Source of the DNA: Terriglobales bacterium
GTDB lineage: Bacteria; Acidobacteriota; Terriglobia; Terriglobales; Acidobacteriaceae
Direction of reading: 5' to 3'
Length of the DNA: 64,000 bases
Assembly (NCBI GenBank): GCA_035272625.1
Contig: DATEQN010000045.1
Span: 5,918 to 69,917, forward strand
The notes under the pieces were generated by a model. The model saw nothing but the letters and a program-made list of their open reading frames with translations, was not told the origin of the DNA and did not search any database. Positions 46,709 to 55,211 of the stretch are shown piece after piece. Each line of letters opens with the position of its first letter. Position 1 is the stretch's first letter. The position numbers were made by a program, and so were the translations under genes.

Positions 46709-47136
46709 CCACCTGCGTGGTGGACGCCAATGTCGCCGCCAAGTGGCTTCTGCCCGCAGCTGGCGAAGGTCTTCTCGACCAAGCGAATCGCTTAGTCGTA
46801 TTGCACGTGAGGCGTGAGTTGCAACTGCTGGCGCCGGACTTGATCGAGGCTGAAATCGGCAATGTCCTCTGGAAAGCCGTGCGGCGCAACCGGATCAGCC
46901 TGGCGGAAGCTGAGAATTCCTTGCGACGTTTCGCTGCTCTTGCGATCCAAGTCGTCCCCACCTCTGACTTGCTGAGTCAAGCGTTGCAGATCGCCGTGGC
47001 TTGCGACCAGAGTTTCTACGACAGCCTTTATGTCGCGATGGCGCTCACGACCAAGACGGAACTCATTACCGCGGACGAACGCCTGGTGAACGCCCTCGGA
47101 AGCCGCTTCCCCGTCCGCTGGCTCGGAGCTTTCTAG
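46705..47136 (+). CDS. vapC: Type II toxin, PIN-domain ribonuclease VapC
   Basis: 143 aa. CVVDANVAAKWLL (first acidic residue), later E and D residues (DLIEAEIGNV, FYDSLYVAMA) and ELITADERL match the PIN fold pattern. Confidence 0.8.
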   Translation: MTTCVVDANVAAKWLLPAAGEGLLDQANRLVVLHVRRELQLLAPDLIEAEIGNVLWKAVRRNRISLAEAENSLRRFAALAIQVVPTSDLLSQALQIAVACDQSFYDSLYVAMALTTKTELITADERLVNALGSRFPVRWLGAF

Positions 47137-47307
47137 CCGGATCCCCGCCTCCCAGCACACAGGCTGCCTTAGACCCCTTTTCACCGTCACCTTCACCGGT
47201 GCCAATCCTCACTGACAAGCCCGCTGTCGTCCTCTTAGAATGTGCTCGTCGGCAAACCAGTCCACAACTTCCTCAGCCACCTGGCGGAGGAAAGGAGGTA
47301 CCTTGCC

Positions 47308-47742
47308 ATGCATTTCTCATCTTCTTCTACTCACAATTCTACTAACAAACTGAAACTCTCCTTCGATACCGTCTTCTACTACGTCACCGACATGGAAGCC
47401 TCCATCAACTTCTACCGCGAGACCCTCGGACTTCCGCTGGTTTCGCAGGATTACGTTGCCCGCTTCGATCTCGATGGCGTGCTCATCGAGCTCGTGCCCC
47501 TCCCGCCCGGATCGGTGGTCCCCGGCAGTGGCAATGCGCGCCTCTGCTTTTCCGTCGCGAATTTGCAGGAGGCGGTGGAGCAGATGCGGGCCCGCGGCGT
47601 ATGCACCAGCAAGATCAAGGAGCAGAAAGACGGCAAGCTGGCTTTTTTCCGCGACCCCGACGGTAACGAACTCTGCCTCTGGGAGTACGCCAAAGTCGAA
47701 GACCCAAGAGAAATCGTGGAGTCGGCCCTGATGCACGGTTAG
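47308..47742 (+). CDS. VOC (glyoxalase/bleomycin resistance/dioxygenase) family protein
   Basis: FYYVTDMEASINFYRETLGLPLV ... FFRDPDGNELCLWE is the VOC pattern. AAGGAGG lies upstream of ATG 47308. The longest ORF opens at 47242. Confidence 0.75.
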   Translation: MHFSSSSTHNSTNKLKLSFDTVFYYVTDMEASINFYRETLGLPLVSQDYVARFDLDGVLIELVPLPPGSVVPGSGNARLCFSVANLQEAVEQMRARGVCTSKIKEQKDGKLAFFRDPDGNELCLWEYAKVEDPREIVESALMHG

Positions 47743-47923
47743 CGAAAACCGAGCGGACGGCATCATGTGTAAGACGGTATCTGCCGGCCCCGACGCGACC
47801 GGCGGTGCTGTGCCCTTGTCCAATTCAGGTGTCGATCGCTCTTTGCCTAGCATCGAGAGCTGGCAGAGATTTTCACGACTGAAGGGGAGGCAACCGGAAC
47901 CTCATTTCAGTTACACTGATCCG

Positions 47924-47972
47924 TTGGCGATGGAGTTCGCCGGTAACCGCCCTTCGGCTGATAACTCCTACA
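47924..47972 (+). promoter_or_regulatory. Fluoride riboswitch (crcB RNA motif)
   Basis: TGGCGATGGAGTTCGCCGGTAACCGCCCTTCGGCTGATAACTCCTACAG matches the crcB motif: GGCGA/TCGCC helix, AACCGCC, GCTGAT, and GGAGT/ACTCC pseudoknot partners. It is followed by AGGAGGA and the crcB start. Confidence 0.8.
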
Positions 47973-47996
47973 GAACTTTTGCAGGAGGACTCCGTC

Positions 47997-48404
47997 GTGG
48001 ACTTTCACGCTAACCATCTCGCAAACTATCTCTCCAACTATGTGTGGATCGCGCTCGGCGCCGTGGTCGGAGCCAGCGCCCGCTACTTCCTCAGCACTCT
48101 CATCGCCCGCGATTTCTCCTCCGCGTTCCCCTACGGCACGCTGCTGATCAACATCACCGGCAGCCTCGTCCTCGGATTCTTTCTCGTTTTCTCGACCGAA
48201 CGCGTACTGCTCGACCCGCGCTGGCGCCTGCTGGTCGCGATTGGGTTTTGCGGTTCATACACTACTTTCTCCAGCTACGCCTTCGAAAGCTTCGCGCTGA
48301 TGGAACAGGGACAATGGCTCCTGACCGGCATCAATATCGTGGCCAGCAACGTCCTCTGCCTGGCCGCCGTTTTGGCTGGCGCCGCACTTGCCCGTGGGAT
48401 GTAA
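47997..48404 (+). CDS. crcB: Fluoride ion channel CrcB/FluC
   Basis: GAVVGASARY, FPYGTLLINITGSLVLGFF and GFCGSYTTFSS motifs, with 4 TM helices. GTG 47997 lies 7 nt after AGGAGGA. The longest ORF opens at 47979. Confidence 0.85.
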   Translation: MDFHANHLANYLSNYVWIALGAVVGASARYFLSTLIARDFSSAFPYGTLLINITGSLVLGFFLVFSTERVLLDPRWRLLVAIGFCGSYTTFSSYAFESFALMEQGQWLLTGINIVASNVLCLAAVLAGAALARGM

Positions 48405-48405
48405 A

Positions 48406-48735
48406 ATGGCAACCGCTATGGCCGTTCAAGTCACCATCTATCTCACCGAAGGCGATTCCTGGCATCATCGACCGCTGCATCTGGAGATCCTGAAATACCT
48501 ACGCGAAGAAAACGTCTTCGGAGCCGTCGCCTTCCACGCCGTGGCCGGTTTCCTCGGACGCGGCCGAGTCCACACCGCGCACCTGGTCGAAGCCGGGGGC
48601 GAGTTACCCGTCGTCATCTCGTTCGTCGATACCGACGAGCACGTCAACCGCGCTCTGCCCAAGCTCAGAGAGATGGCCGCCCACCGGCTCATCGTGCGAG
48701 AAAACGTCGTCATCGAGCAAGGCAGTTTGGACTGA
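48406..48735 (+). CDS. DUF190 domain protein (commonly linked to crcB)
   Basis: MATAMAVQVTIYLTEGDSWHHRPLHLEILKYLREENVFGAVAFHAVAGF is the DUF190 pattern. ATG lies 1 nt after the crcB stop. Confidence 0.8.
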   Translation: MATAMAVQVTIYLTEGDSWHHRPLHLEILKYLREENVFGAVAFHAVAGFLGRGRVHTAHLVEAGGELPVVISFVDTDEHVNRALPKLREMAAHRLIVRENVVIEQGSLD

Positions 48736-48761
48736 AGGAGAGGGGGAACACGCAGAAGAAC

Positions 48762-50654
48762 GTGAAGCGGGCTCCGTACAACGAGTGCGGCACCTGGCAC
48801 AAAAGGAGTTCGGTCAGCGCAATGACTTCAGATCGCCGGACACCACATCGTCGCGCAAGTGACACGATGCGCCTCGCAGTATCCGACGAGTTGCGAGCCT
48901 CTGGTTCTCCGTCCGATTCAGGCCAAAGCAGCGTTGTCGGCAGGGAGCCGGACACCCTGCTTCGCATTGCCAGCCTGGCCGAGCAATTCAACTGCGACCA
49001 AATCACGGATGATGCCCGCTCTGCCGCCGAGCGCATTGCGGAAGGGCGTTTCTACGTGGCGTGCGTCGGCCAGTTCAAACGCGGCAAGTCCACCCTGTTG
49101 AACGCCCTGATGGACGAGCCCATCCTGCCCAGTGGAGTGGTTCCGGTCACGGCTGTCCCCACGATATTGAGATTCGGAGAGAGCCTCGGGGCCCGTGTTC
49201 GCTTAAGCAGCGGTGAATGGACGGACATTGCAATCGCCGATATTGAGGAGTACGTGTCCGAAGTACGGAACCCGCAGAACAGCAAGGGTGTCGCCGGCTT
49301 GGAGGTATTTGTGCCCAGCCCGCTGCTGGCAGAGGGCATGTGCTTCGTGGACACACCGGGGCTCGGCTCCGTGTTCGCGGGGAACACTGCTGCCACACAT
49401 GCATTCCTCCCACACATCGACGCTGCCATCGTCGTGATCGGTGCCGATCCTCCGATAGGCGGAGATGAATTGGCGCTGGTCGAGAGCGTTGCGAAAGAAA
49501 TTCCTGACATCCTGTTCGTCTTGAACAAGGCAGATCGTGTCACCAAACTAGACCGGGATGCGGCCGTTTCCTTTGCCAGGCAAGTGCTTGAGAGTCGGCT
49601 CCAGCGTCCTGTCCGTTCGATTTTCGAAATCAGTGCCCTCGAACAACTCGACAACGGTGGTTCTCAAAGAGACTGGCCTCAATTGGTCGATGCCCTGGAG
49701 CAGTTGACGCGGCAATCAAGCCGGCAACTTGTCCGCGATGCTGAGGATCGTTCGGTGCGACGTTTATCTACTCAACTCCTTATCGTAGTGAAGGAGGAGC
49801 GAGACGCGTTGACTCGACCCTTTGATGAGTCTGAGAGACGGATCAGCCAACTACGCGAGATAGTGTCGCAAGCGGAGCAGTCCCTAAGTGATCTCGGATA
49901 CCTGTTCTCAGGAGAGCAGCAGCGCCTGTCAAAGACGTTTGGTGATCATCGGGATCTCTTCCTCAAGTCCGTGCGAGAAGTGGCGCACCACGAACTTGGC
50001 TCGATCCTACAATCACTGCCGCGAACCAACGGGCCCCGGTATCGGCGATCTGCAATGGGAGTGGCTCAAGATGTTGCTCGGAATCACACGATGCCGTGGT
50101 TGGAAACCGAGAAAACAAAGGGTGAGGAAGCGTACCGCAAGATAGCGAACAGATTCACGGATTTGACAACTGATTTCTTGTCAAAGACGCGTCGCATCCG
50201 AACCTCCGAGCTGGAGTATCTGCCAAAAGAGTTGAATGCTGAACAGGATTTCCGAACGCGCTCTGAGTTTCAGTTCTACGAGTACATTGTTTTGGCTGTC
50301 CCAGCTTCCCCGGTGCGTTACGTAGCTGACCTTATGCTCGGTGCGGTTCGGGCGCACTCGGTGATTGATGCCGCGGCCCATGCTTTTCTCGATCTGCTCT
50401 TGGAGACCAACAGCGAACGCGTGCGAAACGATCTTGAGAAGCGTGTCACGGAGAGCCGCCGTTGTCTCGAAGCCGAAATACGCGCCATGCTGCGTGAACT
50501 GAGCGCAGTCGCAGAGCGGGCGCTGGCTCGTGCCCGCACCGCCCACGCAGCGGGCGCCCCATCGGTTGAATCTTCATTGAAAAGACTGTCGGGCATAGAG
50601 GCTGAACTCGTTCGCCTAAGCGGCGCCGACGCTTCTCATCTGGAGCATTCATGA
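48762..50654 (+). CDS. Dynamin-family (bacterial dynamin-like) GTPase with long helical C-terminal region
   Basis: G1 GQFKRGKST, G2-region VTAVPT, G3 DTPGLGS and G4 NKADR, followed by about 350 aa of charged helical sequence with no obvious TM segment. The start is uncertain: GTG 48762, ATG 48822 or ATG 48867. Confidence 0.8.
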   Translation: MKRAPYNECGTWHKRSSVSAMTSDRRTPHRRASDTMRLAVSDELRASGSPSDSGQSSVVGREPDTLLRIASLAEQFNCDQITDDARSAAERIAEGRFYVACVGQFKRGKSTLLNALMDEPILPSGVVPVTAVPTILRFGESLGARVRLSSGEWTDIAIADIEEYVSEVRNPQNSKGVAGLEVFVPSPLLAEGMCFVDTPGLGSVFAGNTAATHAFLPHIDAAIVVIGADPPIGGDELALVESVAKEIPDILFVLNKADRVTKLDRDAAVSFARQVLESRLQRPVRSIFEISALEQLDNGGSQRDWPQLVDALEQLTRQSSRQLVRDAEDRSVRRLSTQLLIVVKEERDALTRPFDESERRISQLREIVSQAEQSLSDLGYLFSGEQQRLSKTFGDHRDLFLKSVREVAHHELGSILQSLPRTNGPRYRRSAMGVAQDVARNHTMPWLETEKTKGEEAYRKIANRFTDLTTDFLSKTRRIRTSELEYLPKELNAEQDFRTRSEFQFYEYIVLAVPASPVRYVADLMLGAVRAHSVIDAAAHAFLDLLLETNSERVRNDLEKRVTESRRCLEAEIRAMLRELSAVAERALARARTAHAAGAPSVESSLKRLSGIEAELVRLSGADASHLEHS

Positions 50655-51397
50655 GTCCGGCCGCCATCTACGGGAGAGAGGCGGAGCTTGAGCAACTCCG
50701 GCAGTTGGTGTCTCGGCGTCGTTCCTTCCTGTTGCACGGTCCCGCTGGCGTTGGCAAAACACTGCTCCTGAAGCGTCTGGCAGGCGAGGTATCCGAGATG
50801 GTGTATTGCGACGAATCTTCCAGCAGTCAAGCTGTTTTTCGGAAGCTTGCGGCTGGGCTGTTAGCGAGGAAGAATCGCCATGTCCTCCAAGCCTGCGGGA
50901 CTGGCGGACTGAATGCCATCAAGGACAAGTCGGCCGTCTCCATCCGGGGGATCGTCGCCGACGCCTTGCGGGAAGCCAGCCATTGGATTGTGCTCGACCA
51001 CTTGCAATCTTCGTCGCAGTCGTTTGCTGCCTCACTGAAGGATGTGTGCAATTGGACGGCAACCCCGCTCATTGCGGTTGCCCGCTCCGCGCACATGGAA
51101 GATGTCGGGTTCTTGCTGCCGATGTTCTCCGATCGCTCCGAGAAGTATGCCCTGCGGAATTTCGATTCGGATACCGCACGAGAGTTTGCGGTGCAAACCG
51201 CACAGGAGCTGCACCTGAACGCCGCCAACCGCGACGAAGCGATTCAGAAGATCGTCCACTACAGCAAGGGGAGTCCGGGCGCGATTGTCGCTATGCTCCA
51301 AATGGCAGCCAGTCCAAGGTACGTTACCCAGCAGCATGTCAAGCTTTCGCCGCTGTACATAGACTTCAGGCTGCGGTGGGGTGCCACCCATGGATGA
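50651..51397 (+). CDS. P-loop NTPase (AAA/ORC-like ATPase domain), 248 aa
   Basis: IYGREAELEQLRQLVSRRRSFLLHGPAGVGKTLLLKRL contains the Walker A motif. A Walker B-like HWIVLDHL follows. The start overlaps the upstream stop (ATGA). Confidence 0.75.
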   Translation: MSPAAIYGREAELEQLRQLVSRRRSFLLHGPAGVGKTLLLKRLAGEVSEMVYCDESSSSQAVFRKLAAGLLARKNRHVLQACGTGGLNAIKDKSAVSIRGIVADALREASHWIVLDHLQSSSQSFAASLKDVCNWTATPLIAVARSAHMEDVGFLLPMFSDRSEKYALRNFDSDTAREFAVQTAQELHLNAANRDEAIQKIVHYSKGSPGAIVAMLQMAASPRYVTQQHVKLSPLYIDFRLRWGATHG

Positions 51398-51809
51398 TGG
51401 ACTCAGTGACAACCATCGTAGAGTCATCGCGAGCGGCATGCTGATCGTCGATGCCGCGGCGGTTCGTATGCTCGATCTCCTGGAAGACCGGAATTCGCCA
51501 GCGGCCATGAAGACCATCGAGGGCTCCGTTACTGAGAGCGAAAGAGAGCAGATCAGGGCGGGTCTGCATCAACTTCAGGCGCTCATCGCTTCTTTTGTGC
51601 GGAAGAATGATCTTCAGCCCTCAAAGAAAGACCTCCGTCGCATCCTGGCATCGGACGTGTCCCAGATATGGGTGGCTTTGGAGGACAGCCGGCCTGCCCG
51701 AATCCGGGGATACGGCGCCCTGCCGGCTTCCAGCGCCGAATCACTGGAAGCAGACTTACAGGACCTGTTGCTGGTTGTCAAAAGACTCAGGGCGCTGCTG
51801 AACTCCTAA
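51390..51809 (+). CDS. Hypothetical helical protein (139 aa), third gene of the GTPase cassette
   Basis: ATG 51390 overlaps the stop of the ATPase gene (ATGGATGA). The composition is helical. I recognise no motif. Confidence 0.55.
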   Translation: MDDGLSDNHRRVIASGMLIVDAAAVRMLDLLEDRNSPAAMKTIEGSVTESEREQIRAGLHQLQALIASFVRKNDLQPSKKDLRRILASDVSQIWVALEDSRPARIRGYGALPASSAESLEADLQDLLLVVKRLRALLNS

Positions 51810-51830
51810 TCCCGGCTGGCTCGCATTGCC

Positions 51831-51865
51831 CCACTCATTCGCGTTCGCCTTTTGCGAATGAGTGG
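51831..51865. terminator. 12-bp perfect hairpin between convergent genes (probable terminator)
   Basis: CCACTCATTCGC-(11 nt)-GCGAATGAGTGG, followed by GTGAATGA repeats. It starts 22 nt after the cassette stop and lies 34 nt before the GH5 stop. There is no clear U-tract. Confidence 0.5.
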
Positions 51866-51898
51866 AATCAGTGAATGAGTGAATGACTGGGAAGTTGC

Positions 51899-53050
51899 CT
51901 ACTTCATCCCCAGTGCCCGCAGCACGCCCTCATCCGGCACCGTCTTTCCGTCTTTCTTCGTGACCACGCCGAACGATCCCGAGTAGTCCCACATTGCCCA
52001 GCCAATCCCGTTGTGTTCGAGCGCGGACCGCACATCGTGCAGCCACGCCGCCCGGTCCTCGGGATCGGCATACTCCCGATACACGCCAAACTCGTTGCAC
52101 ACCAGCGGAACTCCGCGCCGCCGCGCCCACTCCCCCGCCTGCTTCATTTCGGACTCAATGCGGGCGGCGTCCCAGTGATCGCGCCCATAGCGAATGACCT
52201 GCAGCCGGTCGACGTCATCCGGCACCAGCGCCGCCACGCGCGCCGCCGACTCCGGACTCGACGGATACTTCAAACCGCGCACCCAATGCCAGTAATACGC
52301 GCTCCAAGTCGCGCCCTGATGGGTGAAGATGTGCGGCTCATAGAAATGGAAGTTGTAAATGACATTCGGATCGTGCAGCGGTTCCTGAAAGACCAGGTCG
52401 TCGTCATCCGACCAGCGCGCGCCCGCCGCGATGATCGTGTGCGCAGGTGCGCCCGCCCGGATGGCCGCCGCTAACTTCATTTGCACACCCAGCCACCGAT
52501 AGCGGTCGGTGAACTCCGGCTCATTCAGAATTTCCAGAAACACCCGCTCCGCATCCCACGTCGAGTAATGCGCGGCCAGCGCCCGCCAGAAATCGGCGAA
52601 TCGCTCGACGAACTCGTCGTCTTTTGCCAGCCGTGTCTTGAAGTCGCTCTCCGGGTGCAGGTCGATCACCACCGCCAGCCCGTGATCGAGGATCATCTTA
52701 ACCGCCGCATCCAGGCTGCTAAGATAATCCGCCGGAATCCTATTGGGCTCGTGCTCGTTAAACATCGGCTGCGGATTCACGCTCAACCGCACATGATCGA
52801 AGCCCATCGACTTAATCAGCGCGATGTCTTCAGCGGTCGTCCAGGCTTGAAAATGTTCCGGCGTGTAGCCGCGCTTGTCATACACCTGCGCGAACCACTC
52901 ACTGGCGTTGATTCCCCGCTTCAACTTTTCAGCCCGCGCAGAAGCTAGCGAGGCTTTGGTGCTCGCGGCGCTACCAGTCTGTGCCGCCGCGCAGCCTGCC
53001 AGCAGACTTGACAACAACATGAAAGCGACTCGGAGCTTCACTCTCTTCAT
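51899..53050 (-). CDS. Glycoside hydrolase family 5 (cellulase-like), probable lipoprotein
   Basis: Lipobox-like signal MKRVKLRVAFMLLSSLLAGC. GH5 blocks GFDHVRL and FLEILNEP (catalytic NEP) and a later conserved Glu region (VCNEFG). The longest ORF opens at 53104. Confidence 0.8.
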   Translation of the reverse strand: MKRVKLRVAFMLLSSLLAGCAAAQTGSAASTKASLASARAEKLKRGINASEWFAQVYDKRGYTPEHFQAWTTAEDIALIKSMGFDHVRLSVNPQPMFNEHEPNRIPADYLSSLDAAVKMILDHGLAVVIDLHPESDFKTRLAKDDEFVERFADFWRALAAHYSTWDAERVFLEILNEPEFTDRYRWLGVQMKLAAAIRAGAPAHTIIAAGARWSDDDDLVFQEPLHDPNVIYNFHFYEPHIFTHQGATWSAYYWHWVRGLKYPSSPESAARVAALVPDDVDRLQVIRYGRDHWDAARIESEMKQAGEWARRRGVPLVCNEFGVYREYADPEDRAAWLHDVRSALEHNGIGWAMWDYSGSFGVVTKKDGKTVPDEGVLRALGMK

Positions 53051-53114
53051 TCGATACACCGCCGGCAATCCCTTCTGCATTGATACACTGATAGCCAAGC
53101 CCAAAGACTAGCCC

Positions 53115-54245
53115 ATGATTCCCTGCCAGCGCCATCTCTTCGACATCCCCGACGACGTCGCCTACCTGAACTGCGCTTACATGTCACCGCTGATGAAGCC
53201 GGCACTGGAGGCCGGAACAGCGGGTCTTGCCCGCAAAGCGCACCCGTGGGAACTTACTTCCGACAAATTCTTCACCGGCGCAGACGAGTTTCGCACCACC
53301 GCCGCGCAGCTGATCGGGTGTTCTGCCGAATGCATCGCGATTGTTCCTTCCGCCAGCTATGGCATTGCTACCGCCGCGCGAAATTTGCCGGTCAAAAAAG
53401 GCCAGAGCATTCTTGTGCTCGCCGAGCAGTTTCCGTCCAACTACTATTCGTGGCAACGTCTGGCTGATGAAACTGGCGCTTCGCTGAAAGTCGTCGCCTG
53501 GCCCGAAAACAACGATTGGACCGCTGCTGTTCTGAATTCCCTGATCGCCGATGTGGCCGTCGCGGCGCTCCCGCACGTGCAGTGGACGAGCGGCGGAAGA
53601 CTCGACCTGGTCCGCATCGGCGAGGCTTGCCGCAAGCTCGGCGCCGCGCTCGTTCTCGATCTCACCCAGTCGCTCGGCGCTTTGCCCTTCAGCGTGCGCG
53701 ACGTGCAGCCGGATTTCGCCGTTGCCGCCAGCTACAAATGGCTGCTCGGGCCCTATTCCTCCGGGCTTCTCTACGTCGCTCCAAAATGGCACGGCGGAAT
53801 TCCTCTGGAAGAGAATTGGATTCAGCGCGCCAACGCCCGCGATTTTGCGAACGTCCTGTATACAAACAACTACGACGAGGGCGCGCGGCGTTTCGACATG
53901 GGTGAGCGCTCCAACTTCGCACTGCTGCCTGCCGCTGTGCGCGCGATGAAGCAATTGCTGGAGTGGGAAGTCGCGCAGATTTCCGACACTGCCGGCGCCC
54001 TCAATCGTCAACTGGCGAGCGCCGCCGCGGACATGGGTTTTTCAGCGCCCGCCGAACCGCTGCGCGCGCCTCACTACCTGGCTCTGCGAAGGAAAACGGC
54101 AATTCCGAAGGAACTTCCAGAGGTGCTCGCCCGAGAGAAAGTATTCGTCAGCGTCCGCGGCAGTTCGATTCGAGTGACGCCCAACGTCTATAACACGGCC
54201 GAGGACGGCGAGCAGCTTATCGCCTGCCTGCGCCGCATCGCTTGA
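53115..54245 (+). CDS. Aminotransferase class V-fold PLP-dependent enzyme
   Basis: 376 aa. FDIPDDVAYLNCAYMSP and SYKWLLGPYSSG (PLP-lysine region) resemble the class V / cysteine desulfurase-like family. Confidence 0.8.
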   Translation: MIPCQRHLFDIPDDVAYLNCAYMSPLMKPALEAGTAGLARKAHPWELTSDKFFTGADEFRTTAAQLIGCSAECIAIVPSASYGIATAARNLPVKKGQSILVLAEQFPSNYYSWQRLADETGASLKVVAWPENNDWTAAVLNSLIADVAVAALPHVQWTSGGRLDLVRIGEACRKLGAALVLDLTQSLGALPFSVRDVQPDFAVAASYKWLLGPYSSGLLYVAPKWHGGIPLEENWIQRANARDFANVLYTNNYDEGARRFDMGERSNFALLPAAVRAMKQLLEWEVAQISDTAGALNRQLASAAADMGFSAPAEPLRAPHYLALRRKTAIPKELPEVLAREKVFVSVRGSSIRVTPNVYNTAEDGEQLIACLRRIA

Positions 54246-54272
54246 ACACGTCCGCAAAGTATATGTCTGTTT

Positions 54273-54318
54273 GGTGGCGGGACTTTACCCCGCCCCGGAC
54301 GGGGCAGAGCCCCGTTCA
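54273..54318. terminator. Two GC-rich hairpins between convergent genes (probable bidirectional terminator)
   Basis: GGCGGG-ACTTTAC-CCCGCC and ACGGGG-CAGAG-CCCCGT lie between the stops at 54245 and 54328. Confidence 0.4.
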
Positions 54319-54327
54319 CCACAAGAC

Positions 54328-55056
54328 CTACTGCTTGAGCGCGGCCGCTCGCCGCTGCGCCAGCGATGCCGCTTCGGTGGACGGATTTTCCTTCTCCACT
54401 TGGTCGTAGATCCTCTTGGCCTCGTCCGGCTTCTGCTGCGACTCGTAGAACTCGGCGAGCTCAACCTGCGCCGTCACTTTGCTGACGACGAGCGTGGGCT
54501 TATCGATCAACTGCTTATAAAGGTCGACGGCTTGCGTGTTCTTATTCTCCGCACGATAAACGGAAGCCAGCGCGAACTTGCCCAAGGCCGCGAGGTCCGC
54601 GTTCGAAGACCCGGCCGCCTCCTGCAGGCTGCGCTCCGCCGCTGTGTTGTCGCGAAGCTGGGCCGCGGTCAATCCCGCGAAATAGCGGGCCATATCGGCG
54701 GTGTGAGTGTGCGGATATTTATCGACGATGGCCTGGAACTGTTTGCGCGCCGCGGTGGCGCGTTCCTGAGGCGATGCGAAGCTATCGAACCCCGGCTGCG
54801 CGGGCACGCCTGCCGGACGCACCGGCGTTTCAAAGGTACGGACCGCTGTCGAAAGTTCGGCGCTCGCTTTTTCGTCCTGCGTGTTGACGTAATACCAGCC
54901 GCCGAACCCGATCGCGGCAATGACGACGACCGCAATCACCCCGGCGATGAGTTTCGACTGGTGTTCCACCGTCCAGTGGGCGGCGTTCTCAGCCGCATCC
55001 AATGTACTTTGTCTGAAACGATCTTGTTTCAGTTGATGCCGGGTTTCTGCGCGCAC
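54328..55056 (-). CDS. YfgM-like / TPR-like membrane-anchored protein
   Basis: 242 aa with an N-terminal cytoplasmic tail, one TM helix (LIAGVIAVVVIAAIGFGGWYYV) and a TPR-like helical ectodomain. Confidence 0.65.
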   Translation of the reverse strand: MRAETRHQLKQDRFRQSTLDAAENAAHWTVEHQSKLIAGVIAVVVIAAIGFGGWYYVNTQDEKASAELSTAVRTFETPVRPAGVPAQPGFDSFASPQERATAARKQFQAIVDKYPHTHTADMARYFAGLTAAQLRDNTAAERSLQEAAGSSNADLAALGKFALASVYRAENKNTQAVDLYKQLIDKPTLVVSKVTAQVELAEFYESQQKPDEAKRIYDQVEKENPSTEAASLAQRRAAALKQ

Positions 55057-55211
55057 AGGCTTCCTTCTTGGCTTGAATGTAGGCTGGCAATTCTTCAGTC
55101 TAACAGGCGGATTTCGGCAGCGTCAAAGCGGAGGCTTCGCCGACCACTGCGCCTCGTCAGCAATTCTCAATTAGCGAAATCGCCCGTCAACATGTGTCGA
55201 GCACTTCGCAG

